Shown here in pieces: positions 9,949 to 19,026 of a stretch of DNA of 64,000 nucleotides. Within the stretch, counting starts at the first letter, position 1; each line of letters starts with the position of its first letter. The notes under the pieces were generated by a model that did no database searches, was not told where the DNA came from, and saw only the letters and a list, made by a program, of their open reading frames with translations. The position numbers and the translations under genes are program-made. This DNA is from an uncultured Thermoplasmata archaeon (GTDB lineage: Archaea; Thermoplasmatota; Thermoplasmata; RBG-16-68-12), in assembly GCA_963768855.1 (NCBI GenBank), contig CAVYJM010000011.1, forward strand, positions 32,001 to 96,000, given 5' to 3'.

Positions 9949-10185
9949 ATGGTCGACGAGAAGGACGCCCAATTCACCCGGATGTGGAACGAGGAGAACG
10001 ACGCGAAACGCGTGAAGTTCCGCAACTACATGAAGTCCAAGCTGGACGTGCTCCACGTCGAGTTCACCGAGGAGAATGCGCGGGCGTACTACAACGGCCG
10101 ACTCACGGTCTGGCAGCCAGAACGGGTGTATCAGGCTCCGGAGCGAGAGGATCGCCGCGACCGGCGTCCGCCCCGGCGCCGGTGA
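9949..10185 (+). CDS. Small hypothetical protein
   Basis: ATG at 9949; GC3-rich codon usage; fills the gap between two genes; no family recognised. Confidence 0.65.
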   Translation: MVDEKDAQFTRMWNEENDAKRVKFRNYMKSKLDVLHVEFTEENARAYYNGRLTVWQPERVYQAPEREDRRDRRPPRRR

Positions 10186-10279
10186 TCCAGCCCGACCTCG
10201 TACGCTTTCGTCAGGTTGCCTGTGTGTTGCAGCGGAGCGATTCGTGCTGCAGTCCGGACTCGTCTTGGTGGGAATTCAG

Positions 10280-10317
10280 AAAAAACGGACGGCCGGTCCT
10301 TGGGGGGACCGGACGTC
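10280..10317 (-). terminator. Hairpin plus U-tract downstream of ssb
   Basis: GACG-G-CCGGTCC / GGACCGG-A-CGTC stem (10288-10317), followed on the minus strand by T6 (10280-10285). Confidence 0.6.
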
Positions 10318-10340
10318 GTAGGAAAGGGAAAGGAGTCTGT

Positions 10341-10835
10341 TCAGAATCGGCGTCGGCCGCGGTCCCGGTGCTCCCGGTTCCCGCCACGGTTGCCGCCGCC
10401 CGTGCCGAACTCGAACTGCCGCGAGCCGCCCTCGCGCTGGCCGCCGCCATATCCGCCGCTGCGGTACCGGGGCTCGCGCTCGTACTCGACCGCGCTCACA
10501 TCGAGGGCCGAATTCACGGCGTCGAGCGGGGTCTCGGCCTTCGCGAAGCTGCCGTACTTCCCGACGTTGAGGCGGATGTGGCCTCGCACAAGGCTCACGT
10601 AGCCGTTGTCGATCAGGACGGTCTCGTCCTTCGTCACCTGGGCGATCTGGTCGTTCCAGAGCGTCAGGAAGACCGTTCCTGTCTCGTCGCCGACGGTTGC
10701 CTCGACCAACTTGCGCGCCTCGCCAAAGCGGGAGGTGATTTCTCTCTCTTCACTCAAGCTGACCACCTTGGCAAGCACGTTAACCTGCTTGGATTCCGGG
10801 GTCAGGTCCTTGATTTTAGTCAATACCTTGTCCAT
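10341..10835 (-). CDS. ssb: Single-OB-fold single-stranded DNA-binding protein (archaeal SSB/RPA-like) with Gly/Arg-rich tail
   Basis: IKDLTP..VNVLAKV, VGDETGTVFLTLWNDQ, NGYVSLVRGHIRLNVGKYG; ATG at 10835. Confidence 0.9.
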   Translation of the reverse strand: MDKVLTKIKDLTPESKQVNVLAKVVSLSEEREITSRFGEARKLVEATVGDETGTVFLTLWNDQIAQVTKDETVLIDNGYVSLVRGHIRLNVGKYGSFAKAETPLDAVNSALDVSAVEYEREPRYRSGGYGGGQREGGSRQFEFGTGGGNRGGNREHRDRGRRRF

Positions 10836-11239
10836 GTTCTCACTTCTGCCGACACAACAGCCTTGAGTCGCAAGGCGTAGGGAAAAAATCCTTCCGCGCG
10901 AATTCAGACGATGTGGGCTGGTTTTCATCTACGGTCTGCTGCTATAAGAATCTTCGGTAAGAGGGAATGAGATTGCCTTAGGGACCACAGGTATTTCGCG
11001 CGCGGCGCCGTTGTCCATGATGTACCATCGATGTCGGAGACGGGGGTTCCCCAGGAGATTATCGTCGATTGCCCGTATTGCAGCCACGCCTGGAAGGCGG
11101 ACCCCCGATGGATATCGAGCCCGTGTCCGAACTGCGGCCGAATGGTCTATCGCTACATGGACCCGCAGCACGACTGAATCCAATCACGGCAAGGTTGAAA
11201 TGCCCCGGGGGCGTACCTAAGTCCATCTGAGGTACCTAC

Positions 11240-12130
11240 GTGCCCCGCACCGATCTCACGACGGCCATCCTCCGCTCGATCCAGCAGGGGGCCACGTACG
11301 GGTACCAGATCCACCGCGCGCTCGCTGACTCGGGCCAGGAGATCCGCCTCAACCACCTCTATCCCGTCCTCAAGCGCATGGAGACTGAGGGACTCGTAGT
11401 CGCGAATGAGACACCCGGAGAACGGGGCCCGAGGCGTCACGAGTATGCAATCACCGCGAAGGGGCGGGACTATCTCGACGACGTCCTGTTCGACGCAATC
11501 GCGATGGTCCGACTTGCGTACCTAGAGTACCTGGCGTCGGACCGCACGACAATGCAGCGGGCTCTCGACATCCTCGCCAAGTTCATTCCGCACGCGAAGC
11601 TGCACGGGCGCACCGCGCTCGTCGTCCCGCCAGGCTACCTGAGCGAGATTAACTTCCGGTGGTTCCTTTCTCAGCTCTTCGAGGTCGTCCAGGGGGACAT
11701 CTTCCTCGTGCGTCCGCAGGGCACCTTCGACATCGAGGAACCGCGCCTCACGCTCTTGGACGGGGGCGAGTCCTACGTCCCGCTCCGGGAGAACTACGTG
11801 GACCAGTCCGTCCTCGTCTGGGTGCCGCGGCCCCGGCAGTGGACCCGTCCGATTGAGGAGGCCACGCGGATCATTCGTTCGCCCGGGCTCCTGGCCATCA
11901 TCCTCCCGGACGCGCTGCTCGCCCGCGACCCGACGCGGCCGTTCGAGGTCGGCGCGTTCATCGAAGGGGTCCGCGTCCGGAGGAGCGGCGGACGGGTCAC
12001 GGAGGTGCCGCTCGAGAAGGTCACCGCCGTGCTCGGCGAGAGGTTCCATCACGTCGAGGTCGAGTCGGTCCCGGAGCTGTCGTTCCACCTCCTCGTGGCG
12101 TGGGGCAAGAAGCGGCAGGCGGAGACCTGA
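11240..12130 (+). CDS. PadR-family winged-helix regulator fused to a degenerate class I methyltransferase-like domain
   Basis: TYGYQI..LYPVLKRMETEGLV..GPRRHEYAITAKG (PadR); C-terminus VPLRENYVDQSVL and EEATRIIRSPGLLAII; GAGGT SD-like sequence before GTG. Confidence 0.85.
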   Translation: MPRTDLTTAILRSIQQGATYGYQIHRALADSGQEIRLNHLYPVLKRMETEGLVVANETPGERGPRRHEYAITAKGRDYLDDVLFDAIAMVRLAYLEYLASDRTTMQRALDILAKFIPHAKLHGRTALVVPPGYLSEINFRWFLSQLFEVVQGDIFLVRPQGTFDIEEPRLTLLDGGESYVPLRENYVDQSVLVWVPRPRQWTRPIEEATRIIRSPGLLAIILPDALLARDPTRPFEVGAFIEGVRVRRSGGRVTEVPLEKVTAVLGERFHHVEVESVPELSFHLLVAWGKKRQAET

Positions 12131-12199
12131 CCCCCCGCGGGACGGATGCGCAGAAGGGTTCCCCGAACCCTAAAATAGCCGGGAGATGTGCGGCCTTCG

Positions 12200-13549
12200 A
12201 TGGCGACGTCCACGCGCACCGTGGAGGATGTTCTGCGGGAGGCTGGCTTCACGCCGTTCCACCGGCGGGTCGTCCTCCTGACGGGCTTCGCGTGGACGTT
12301 CGTCGCATTCGAGATCATCAACATCAGCTTCGTGCTAGGCAACGTGTTCACAACCTTCGGGATTGCATCGGGCTCGCTGCTCTACTTCCTGATCACCTCG
12401 GGGACGTTAATCGGCTCCTTCCTGGGAAGCCTGTTCCTGGGACGCCTCTCGGACACTCGCGGCCGCCGGACAATCTTCCTCGGAAGCATCCTCTGGTACT
12501 CCGCGTTCACCGCCTTGACCGCGCTCTCATGGGATCCATGGAGCATGTTCTCGTTCCGCGTCCTCGCGGGGATCGGCCTCGGCGGCATGCTCGTCGTGGA
12601 CCCCTCGATCCTCTCCGAGTTCCTGCCGCCCCAGTCGCGCGGGCGGTTCATGGTCCTCCTGGATTTCTTCTGGCCCATCGGTTTCCTGCTGGCCATCCTA
12701 TTCTGGTGGGTCTTCATCGTTCTGGGAGTCACGGTCGGCGACATCGAGAGTTGGCGGATCCTATTCGTCGTGGCGGCCTTCCCCGCCTTCATCGCGTTCC
12801 TGGCCCGGCTCACAATCCCCGAGTCTCCGTTCTACTACGCCCGCCACGGGAAGCTGCGTGAGGCAGCCGCCGTGTTGGAGCGGATCACCGGGACCCCCGT
12901 GGATCCCGTGTCCCTGTCTCGGGAGCAGGCAGTCCCGCGGGCGCCGATCGGCGCGCTGTTCAAGGGCCGCCTTGCGCGCAGGTCGGTCGTGACGCTCGTC
13001 GTCTGGACGGCTCTCAACTTCAGCTACTACGGGCTCTTCCTGGACCTCCCGTTCGCCCTGAGCACGTTCAAGAACCAAGTCGCCACGGACGTGGGCCTCA
13101 CCGCGCTCTTCTTCATCACGTCCGCGCTCGCGCAGTTCCCAGGCTACCTCGCGTCGATGATCCTCGTGGAGCGGTGGGGCCGCAAGCGCACCCTCGCTCT
13201 GTTCCTGATCCTCGGAGGCGTGAGTGGCTTCGCCTTCGCGACCGCGAGCGGCGTCCCTCTGCTGTTCGCCAGTCTCGCGCTCGTGAGCTTCTTCAACCTC
13301 GGAGCCTGGGGCGCGGTCTACGCGTACACGCCCGAGTTGTTCCCGACCCAGTATCGCGCGACGGGCTTCGGCATGGGCGAGACCGTGGGCAAGCTGACGT
13401 CGATCTTCGGCCCGATCCTGTTCGGTGCGATGTACGCGAGCACAGGCGGCGTGTTCGCCCCGCTTGCGGCAATCGCCTGCGTCATGGCCGCCGGCGGGCT
13501 GTTCCTGGCCGGCGTGGGCCCAGAGACGAAGGGACAGACGTTCGAATGA
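12200..13549 (+). CDS. MFS transporter (SV2/NiaP/aromatic-acid:H+ symporter-like)
   Basis: GRLSDTRGRR, SEFLPPQSRGR, WRILF, PESP, ERWGRKR, YTPELFPTQYRATG. Confidence 0.92.
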   Translation: MATSTRTVEDVLREAGFTPFHRRVVLLTGFAWTFVAFEIINISFVLGNVFTTFGIASGSLLYFLITSGTLIGSFLGSLFLGRLSDTRGRRTIFLGSILWYSAFTALTALSWDPWSMFSFRVLAGIGLGGMLVVDPSILSEFLPPQSRGRFMVLLDFFWPIGFLLAILFWWVFIVLGVTVGDIESWRILFVVAAFPAFIAFLARLTIPESPFYYARHGKLREAAAVLERITGTPVDPVSLSREQAVPRAPIGALFKGRLARRSVVTLVVWTALNFSYYGLFLDLPFALSTFKNQVATDVGLTALFFITSALAQFPGYLASMILVERWGRKRTLALFLILGGVSGFAFATASGVPLLFASLALVSFFNLGAWGAVYAYTPELFPTQYRATGFGMGETVGKLTSIFGPILFGAMYASTGGVFAPLAAIACVMAAGGLFLAGVGPETKGQTFE

Positions 13550-13681
13550 CCCCTCCGTACGAGCCTACCCTGAAGAGGCCGTGCAGGTACGTACATTCCT
13601 CCCCTGTCGAAAGCCTATAATCCCCCTCGCCTTTCTCCATACGAGGGCGGCCCTCTTGGGCCGTACCCGAGCTACGATACC

Positions 13682-15070
13682 ATGGCGAAGCGCTCTGCGA
13701 AGAAATCTGCGAGGAAGGTTGCCGCGAGGAGGGGACTGAACGGACCCCGGATCGTCGTCGCGCCGCCGGGCCCGAAGTCGAAAGCCGCGCTGGAACGCAA
13801 GGAGAAGTTCGTGACCAAGGGCCTGCGCGTCGGCCTGCCCCTCGAGCTGACGAGAGCCGAGGGTCCCTTCGTGCAGGACGCGGACGGCAACGTCTACGTC
13901 GACCTGGGCGTCGGCATCGGCGTGCACAACGCGGGCCACCGGCCCCCGGAGGTCATCCGGGCCGCCAAGGCGCAGCTCGACAAGCTCACTCACATCTGCT
14001 ACATGGTCTCCACGTACAAGCCGTACACGGACCTCGCCGAGGTCATGGCGGAGATCTGCCCGCCCGGGATGACGCAGAGCATCTTCCTGAACTCCGGGTC
14101 CGAAGCGGTCGAGAACGCGGTCAAGATCGCCCGCGCGTACACGAAGAAGCCCTGGATCGTCTCCTTCCGCACCGCGTTCCACGGCCGCACGCTGCTCGAC
14201 ATCAGCCTCACGGGCAAGGAGAAGCCCTACCGCGAGGGGTTCGGCCCCCTCGTGCACGAGGTCCTCATCACGGACTACGCTTACCCGTACCGCGACCCGG
14301 AGGGCCGCTCGCCCGCGGAGTGCGCCAAGGCGCGGGTCGAGGAGATCGAGGCGGCGATCACGAAGCCCGAAGTCGTCGGCCAAGTGGGCATGATCGTGGC
14401 GGAGCCCGTGCAGGGCGAGGGCGGCATCATCGTGCCGCCGAAGGAGTTCTTCCCCCTTCTCCGGAAGCTGTGCGACGACCACGGCCTCCTGCTCGTGGAC
14501 GACGAGGTCCAGGCGGGGATGGGCCGCACCGGCCTCCTCTGGGCGATCGACCACTGGAACACGGTCCCCGACCTGCTCGTGAGCGGCAAGGCACTCGGCG
14601 GTGGGCTCCCGCTCGGCGGAGTGACGGGTCCGCAGAAGATCATGGAGGCGCCCGGTCCCGCGAGCCTCGGCGGCACGTTCGGCGGCAATCCGGTCGTGTG
14701 CGCGGCGGCTCTCGAGGCCGTGAAGGGCATCCAGAAGATCCTCCCGAAGGTGCCCCGCCTCGAGGCGCTCATGCACACGCGGCTCGATCAGCTCTACGAG
14801 CGGTTCGAGCGGATCGGCGAGGTGCGCGGCATCGGCGCGATGTGGGGCATCGAGTTCGTGAAGGACCGGCGGACGAAGGAGCCGGACACGGAGCTTGCGC
14901 GCGCCGTCCAGCTGAACGGTTTGAAGAACGGCCTCATGCTCCTGACCGCGGGGTACCACAACAACTGCGTGCGGTTGCTACCCCCGCTGAACATCCCGCT
15001 CCCGCTCATGGGCCGGGCGTTCGACCGGCTCGAGGATACGATCGCCCAGGCCCTGGCGGGCAAGGCGTGA
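13682..15070 (+). CDS. gabT: Class III aminotransferase, 4-aminobutyrate/beta-alanine aminotransferase
   Basis: NSGSEAVENAVKIAR, FHGRT, AEPVQGEGG, DEVQAGMGRTG, SGKALGGG, GGTFGGNP. Confidence 0.9.
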   Translation: MAKRSAKKSARKVAARRGLNGPRIVVAPPGPKSKAALERKEKFVTKGLRVGLPLELTRAEGPFVQDADGNVYVDLGVGIGVHNAGHRPPEVIRAAKAQLDKLTHICYMVSTYKPYTDLAEVMAEICPPGMTQSIFLNSGSEAVENAVKIARAYTKKPWIVSFRTAFHGRTLLDISLTGKEKPYREGFGPLVHEVLITDYAYPYRDPEGRSPAECAKARVEEIEAAITKPEVVGQVGMIVAEPVQGEGGIIVPPKEFFPLLRKLCDDHGLLLVDDEVQAGMGRTGLLWAIDHWNTVPDLLVSGKALGGGLPLGGVTGPQKIMEAPGPASLGGTFGGNPVVCAAALEAVKGIQKILPKVPRLEALMHTRLDQLYERFERIGEVRGIGAMWGIEFVKDRRTKEPDTELARAVQLNGLKNGLMLLTAGYHNNCVRLLPPLNIPLPLMGRAFDRLEDTIAQALAGKA

Positions 15071-15083
15071 GGAGGTGCTGTGC

Positions 15084-16577
15084 ATGGCCCCGCAGGCGGT
15101 GACCCTGCTCCCCGAAGTCCAGAAGAACTACGGAGACCTGAAGAACTTCATTGGAGGGAAGTGGGTCGAGTCCCACGCCACGGAGTGGCTGGACGACACG
15201 AACCCCGCAACGGGACAGCGGATCGCGCGCGTGCCCCTGTCCCCGAAGGAGGAGGTGGACGCCGCCGTGCAGGCCGCGCTCGCGGCGTGGGAGGAGTGGC
15301 GCGAGACGCCACCGATCTCCCGCGCCCGCTACTTCTTCAACCTCCACGACCTCATGGAGCAACACTTCGAGGAGCTTGCGCGGATCATCTCGCAGGACCA
15401 CGGGAAGATCATCGACGAGGCGCGCGGCGAGGTGCGCCGCGCGATCGAGAACGTCGAGGTGGCCTCCGGGATTTCGAGCCTCATGATGGGCTACAACCTG
15501 GAGGACGGCGCGGCGGCAGGGATCGACGAGGAGGTCCTGTACCAGCCCCTCGGCGTTTTCGCGGGGATTAGCCCGTTCAACTTCCCCGCGATGGTCCAGT
15601 ACTGGTTCTGGCCTTACGCGGTGGCCACGGGGAACTGCTGGGTCGCGAAGCCTTCGGAGCAGGACCCGCTGGTCCAGGTCTACATGGCCGATCTGGTCGA
15701 GAAGGCCGGCTTCCCTCCGGGTGTGTTCAACCTCGTGAACGGTGCGAAGGAGAGCGTGGAGGCGATCTGCGACCACCCGGACATACGGGGCGTGTCGTTC
15801 GTCGGCTCGACAGCGATTGCGAAGCTCGTGTACGCGCGCTCCGCGTCCCACGGCAAGCGCGTCCAGTGCGGGGGCGGCGCGAAGAACCTCCTGGTCGTCC
15901 TTCCCGACGCGAAGCTGGACAAGATCGTGCCGAACATGATCTCCTCCGTGTACGGCACCGCGGGCGAGCGGTGCCTCGCGGGCTCCGTGATCGTCGGGCT
16001 CGACGAGGCGCACGATGCGGTCCGCAAGAAGTTCTCGGACGCCGCATCGAAGCTCAAGGTCGGGTACGGGCTTGACGAGACGGTCCAGATGGGCCCCGTG
16101 ATCACGAAGAAGCACCAGGAACGCGTGCTCGGGTACATCGACAAGGGCGAGGCGGAAGGTGCGAAGGTCGCCCTGGACGGCCGCAAGGTGAAGGTCTCCG
16201 GCTACGACGGCTATTTCGTCGGACCGACGGTCCTCGACGCGGTGACCCCCGACATGACCGTGGCCAAGGAGGAGATCTTCGGGCCCGTCGCGAGCTTCTT
16301 CACGATGGAGAACCTCGACGAAGCCATCGAATGGATCAACCGCAGCCCATATGGGAACGCGGCGTCCATCTACACATCGAGCGGAAAGGCGGCGCGCGAC
16401 TTTCGTTACCGCGTCCGCGCGGGGAGCATCGGAATCAACCTCGGCATCGCCGCGGCGATGGCCTACTTCCCGTTCGGAGGGATGAAGAACTCCTTCTTCG
16501 GGGATCTCCACCCCCAGGGCCGGGACGCGGTCCGGTTCTTCACGGAGAGCAAGGTCGTCATCACGCGCTGGGTCTGA
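15084..16577 (+). CDS. mmsA: CoA-acylating (methyl)malonate-semialdehyde dehydrogenase
   Basis: PFNFPAM, KPSEQDP, SFVGST, GKRVQCGGGAKN, AGERCLA, EEIFGPV, FPFGGMKNSFFGDLH. Confidence 0.92.
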   Translation: MAPQAVTLLPEVQKNYGDLKNFIGGKWVESHATEWLDDTNPATGQRIARVPLSPKEEVDAAVQAALAAWEEWRETPPISRARYFFNLHDLMEQHFEELARIISQDHGKIIDEARGEVRRAIENVEVASGISSLMMGYNLEDGAAAGIDEEVLYQPLGVFAGISPFNFPAMVQYWFWPYAVATGNCWVAKPSEQDPLVQVYMADLVEKAGFPPGVFNLVNGAKESVEAICDHPDIRGVSFVGSTAIAKLVYARSASHGKRVQCGGGAKNLLVVLPDAKLDKIVPNMISSVYGTAGERCLAGSVIVGLDEAHDAVRKKFSDAASKLKVGYGLDETVQMGPVITKKHQERVLGYIDKGEAEGAKVALDGRKVKVSGYDGYFVGPTVLDAVTPDMTVAKEEIFGPVASFFTMENLDEAIEWINRSPYGNAASIYTSSGKAARDFRYRVRAGSIGINLGIAAAMAYFPFGGMKNSFFGDLHPQGRDAVRFFTESKVVITRWV

Positions 16578-16581
16578 CGCG

Positions 16582-17022
16582 ATGGATCCTCCGGAGCTAA
16601 CCAACTTCGGTTCGCTGATCCGGTTCGCCCTTGGGCTCGAGACCGCGAGCGCCGTGTTCTACCAGGCCGCGGCCGGTCTCCTGGGCCCGGGACTGAAGGC
16701 CGACCTCGCCCGCGAACTCGCGGCGCAGCACGAGGACCGTCGGAGGTTGCTCGAGCGAACCCGGCAGCGGAGCTTGAACGAGATGGTGCTCGAGCCGATT
16801 AGCGGGCTGCAGGGGGCGCGATACGTCGTGGACCCGACTGCGGCAACAGCCCACGAGGTGCCTGCCAAGGCGGCCGCGATCGAGGAGGTCAGCTCCCTCT
16901 TCTACCGCGAGTCATCGGTGGTCGCGAAGTCCCTACTCACGGAGGCGGCTCGGACATTTCTGAAACTGGCCGAGGAAAACGGGCGGAATCTGGCACGCAT
17001 TCATGAGATCCTCGCACACTGA
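16582..17022 (+). CDS. Ferritin/rubrerythrin-like four-helix protein (degenerate metal site)
   Basis: Two repeats of A..LE..S..FY ... LA.E pattern; ExxH histidines are absent. Confidence 0.6.
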   Translation: MDPPELTNFGSLIRFALGLETASAVFYQAAAGLLGPGLKADLARELAAQHEDRRRLLERTRQRSLNEMVLEPISGLQGARYVVDPTAATAHEVPAKAAAIEEVSSLFYRESSVVAKSLLTEAARTFLKLAEENGRNLARIHEILAH

Positions 17023-17217
17023 CCGCGTCGCAAATTAGGGCGGTTAGGCGTACCTAAATGTGCATTCGACGGACGAAGTCCCAGCCATCGTGTTGCCTGA
17101 CAGCACGTCGCAGGGTGGTCGGGTTTCCTCCATGAGACGAACGAATTTCGGCATTCCTAAGAGGTTGTTCGATGGCTGTACTAGGTTCGGACTTGAAACT
17201 TGGTATGTAAAGGAGAC

Positions 17218-17225
17218 TATAAATA
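17218..17225 (+). promoter_or_regulatory. TATA box (TATAAATA) of the hxlR-tfb operon
   Basis: Canonical archaeal box about 38 nt upstream of ATG 17263. Confidence 0.65.
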
Positions 17226-17262
17226 CCCGGGCCTCCTGAGGTAACTCCGGGAGCAGCGGAAC

Positions 17263-17613
17263 ATGGCAAAGAACCAAATCCCCTGTGAAGGACCCGGGTG
17301 TGCCGGGCTGGTGGCCATCGGGCTTATCGGCTCCGAGCTCAAGCTCAGCGTCCTCCACGGGTTGATGAGCGGCCCGAAGCGCTTCAACGAGCTTCGCGCC
17401 TCCACGGGAATCTGCCAGAGTTCCCTCGCCAAGACCCTCAAGGAACTCGAGGAATCGGGCATCATGGAGCGCCGGGTCATCCTGGATCGTCCCGTGTCGG
17501 TGGAATACCACCTCACGCCGATGGGGGAGGACCTTTCGGACGCGCTTCGTGGCCTGGAGCGTTGGGCCAATCGATGGGTCGTGGCGGAGCATTCCCGAAA
17601 GGTGATCGCATGA
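17263..17613 (+). CDS. HxlR/DUF24-family winged-helix regulator with N-terminal cysteines
   Basis: GPKRFNELR, SLAKTLKELEESGIMERRV, VEYHLTPMGEDL, LERWAN; Cys8 and Cys13. Confidence 0.9.
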   Translation: MAKNQIPCEGPGCAGLVAIGLIGSELKLSVLHGLMSGPKRFNELRASTGICQSSLAKTLKELEESGIMERRVILDRPVSVEYHLTPMGEDLSDALRGLERWANRWVVAEHSRKVIA

Positions 17614-18608
17614 GCAACTTCCGATCGATGGACATGAAGAACGACGCCGTGAGCCGGAGCCCGAAGCCCCGAGAGGAGCGACAGGTCCGCGATACGGCGC
17701 GCTGCCCGAACTGTGGCAGCCTTGCAATCTACGTCGACCCGATCCGCGGCGAGCGGGTCTGTGACAACTGTGGCCTCGTGATCGACCAGGGCATGGTCGA
17801 CCAGGGCCCCGATTGGACCACGTTCGAGGGCGACGACCGGATCCGAGCGGGTCCGCCGCCGTCCGTCATGGCGCCGGACAAGGGCCTCGGCAGCATGGTG
17901 GGCAATGGCCTGCGCGACGCGAAAGGGAACCCGATCGACGCCCGGTCCGTCGCGGCGCTGAACCGCCTGCGCCGCGTGAGCCAGTGGACGCGGTACGACC
18001 GCACGGAGCGCGCGCTGGCCCCTGGCCTCGCGCAGCTCTCGAGCCTGTCCAGCCGCCTCGGTCTCGCCCCGGTCTTCCGGGAGCGGGCTGCAATCCTCTT
18101 GCGCCAGACGATCGAGGCGGGCCTGTCCCGCGGTCGGTCGATGGACGCGATCGTCGCCTCCGTCGTCTACTTGGCGTCCAAGCAGCTCGGTGCGCCCCGC
18201 GGGCTCCACGAGCTGGCCCAGGCGACGGGCGTGACGGTCCACCGGATCAGCCTGACCGCGAAGGTCGTGAGCCGGGAGCTCGGCGTGTTCGCCCGCGCGA
18301 GCCGCGCGGAGGACTTCGTCCCGAGGTTCGCATCCCAGCTCGAGCTCGCACCGCACGTCGGCGAGCGGGCCCTGTCCCTTGTCGGGCAGGTCAAGGACGC
18401 GAAGCTCCTCGAGGCCAACTCTCCCGTGGGCATCGCGGCCGGGGCGCTCTACCTCGCGTCCGAGGAGCTGGATGTCCCCGTGACCCAGGCCCAGATCGCC
18501 CGCCTGACGGGCGTCTCCGAGGTCACGATCCGCAAGCACTACCGTCTGCTCAAGGAAACCTTGACGCAATCCGGGGGGTACAACGAACCGTCCCATGAAG
18601 CCACGTGA
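17610..18608 (+). CDS. tfb: Transcription initiation factor IIB (TFB) paralog
   Basis: Zn ribbon CPNCG...CDNCG; two cyclin repeats (RGRSMDAIVASVVYLA; EDFVPRFASQL); HTH TQAQIARLTGVSEVTIR; ATGA overlap with the hxlR stop. Confidence 0.93.
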   Translation: MSNFRSMDMKNDAVSRSPKPREERQVRDTARCPNCGSLAIYVDPIRGERVCDNCGLVIDQGMVDQGPDWTTFEGDDRIRAGPPPSVMAPDKGLGSMVGNGLRDAKGNPIDARSVAALNRLRRVSQWTRYDRTERALAPGLAQLSSLSSRLGLAPVFRERAAILLRQTIEAGLSRGRSMDAIVASVVYLASKQLGAPRGLHELAQATGVTVHRISLTAKVVSRELGVFARASRAEDFVPRFASQLELAPHVGERALSLVGQVKDAKLLEANSPVGIAAGALYLASEELDVPVTQAQIARLTGVSEVTIRKHYRLLKETLTQSGGYNEPSHEAT

Positions 18609-18668
18609 TTCGTCGATTCGAATGATTAAAGAGGCGGACGGGGGTTCTACCCCACCGCCGGAGGCAGC

Positions 18669-18965
18669 TTGATCGCCGGGATCTGCGCAACCTGCGGACT
18701 CCCTAAGGAACTGTGCGTCTGCGAGGACCTGGGTCGCGAGACGACCCTTCTCCAAGTCGACCTCGACACCCGCCGCTATGGCAAGGCCGTGACGGTCGTG
18801 CGGGGTCTCGAATCTCGTCCGGACGAAGCCGCGAAGCTGGCACGCGAGCTCAAGAGGGGACTCGCGACCGGCGGCTCCGGGAAGGACGGTCTCATCGTTC
18901 TGCAGGGAGATCGCCGCAAAGACGTCGTCCGTCTACTGCAACAGAAAGGCTACACGGTCCGCTGA
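18669..18965 (+). CDS. sui1: Translation initiation factor aIF1/SUI1
   Basis: ICATCGLPKELCVCE, RRYGKAVTVVRG, LARELKRGLATGGS, LQGD. Confidence 0.93.
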   Translation: MIAGICATCGLPKELCVCEDLGRETTLLQVDLDTRRYGKAVTVVRGLESRPDEAAKLARELKRGLATGGSGKDGLIVLQGDRRKDVVRLLQQKGYTVR

Positions 18966-19026
18966 GTCTCTCGGGGGCGCGCCTTAATTAGGCGCCGGGA
19001 CGTTCGCTCCCCGCCCAGGGTGAACC

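Noticed and set aside
10929-11183. 84-aa ORF in the ssb-padR intergenic region
   Set aside because: Lower-GC, promoter-like sequence with atypical codon usage and no motif; more likely a divergent promoter region
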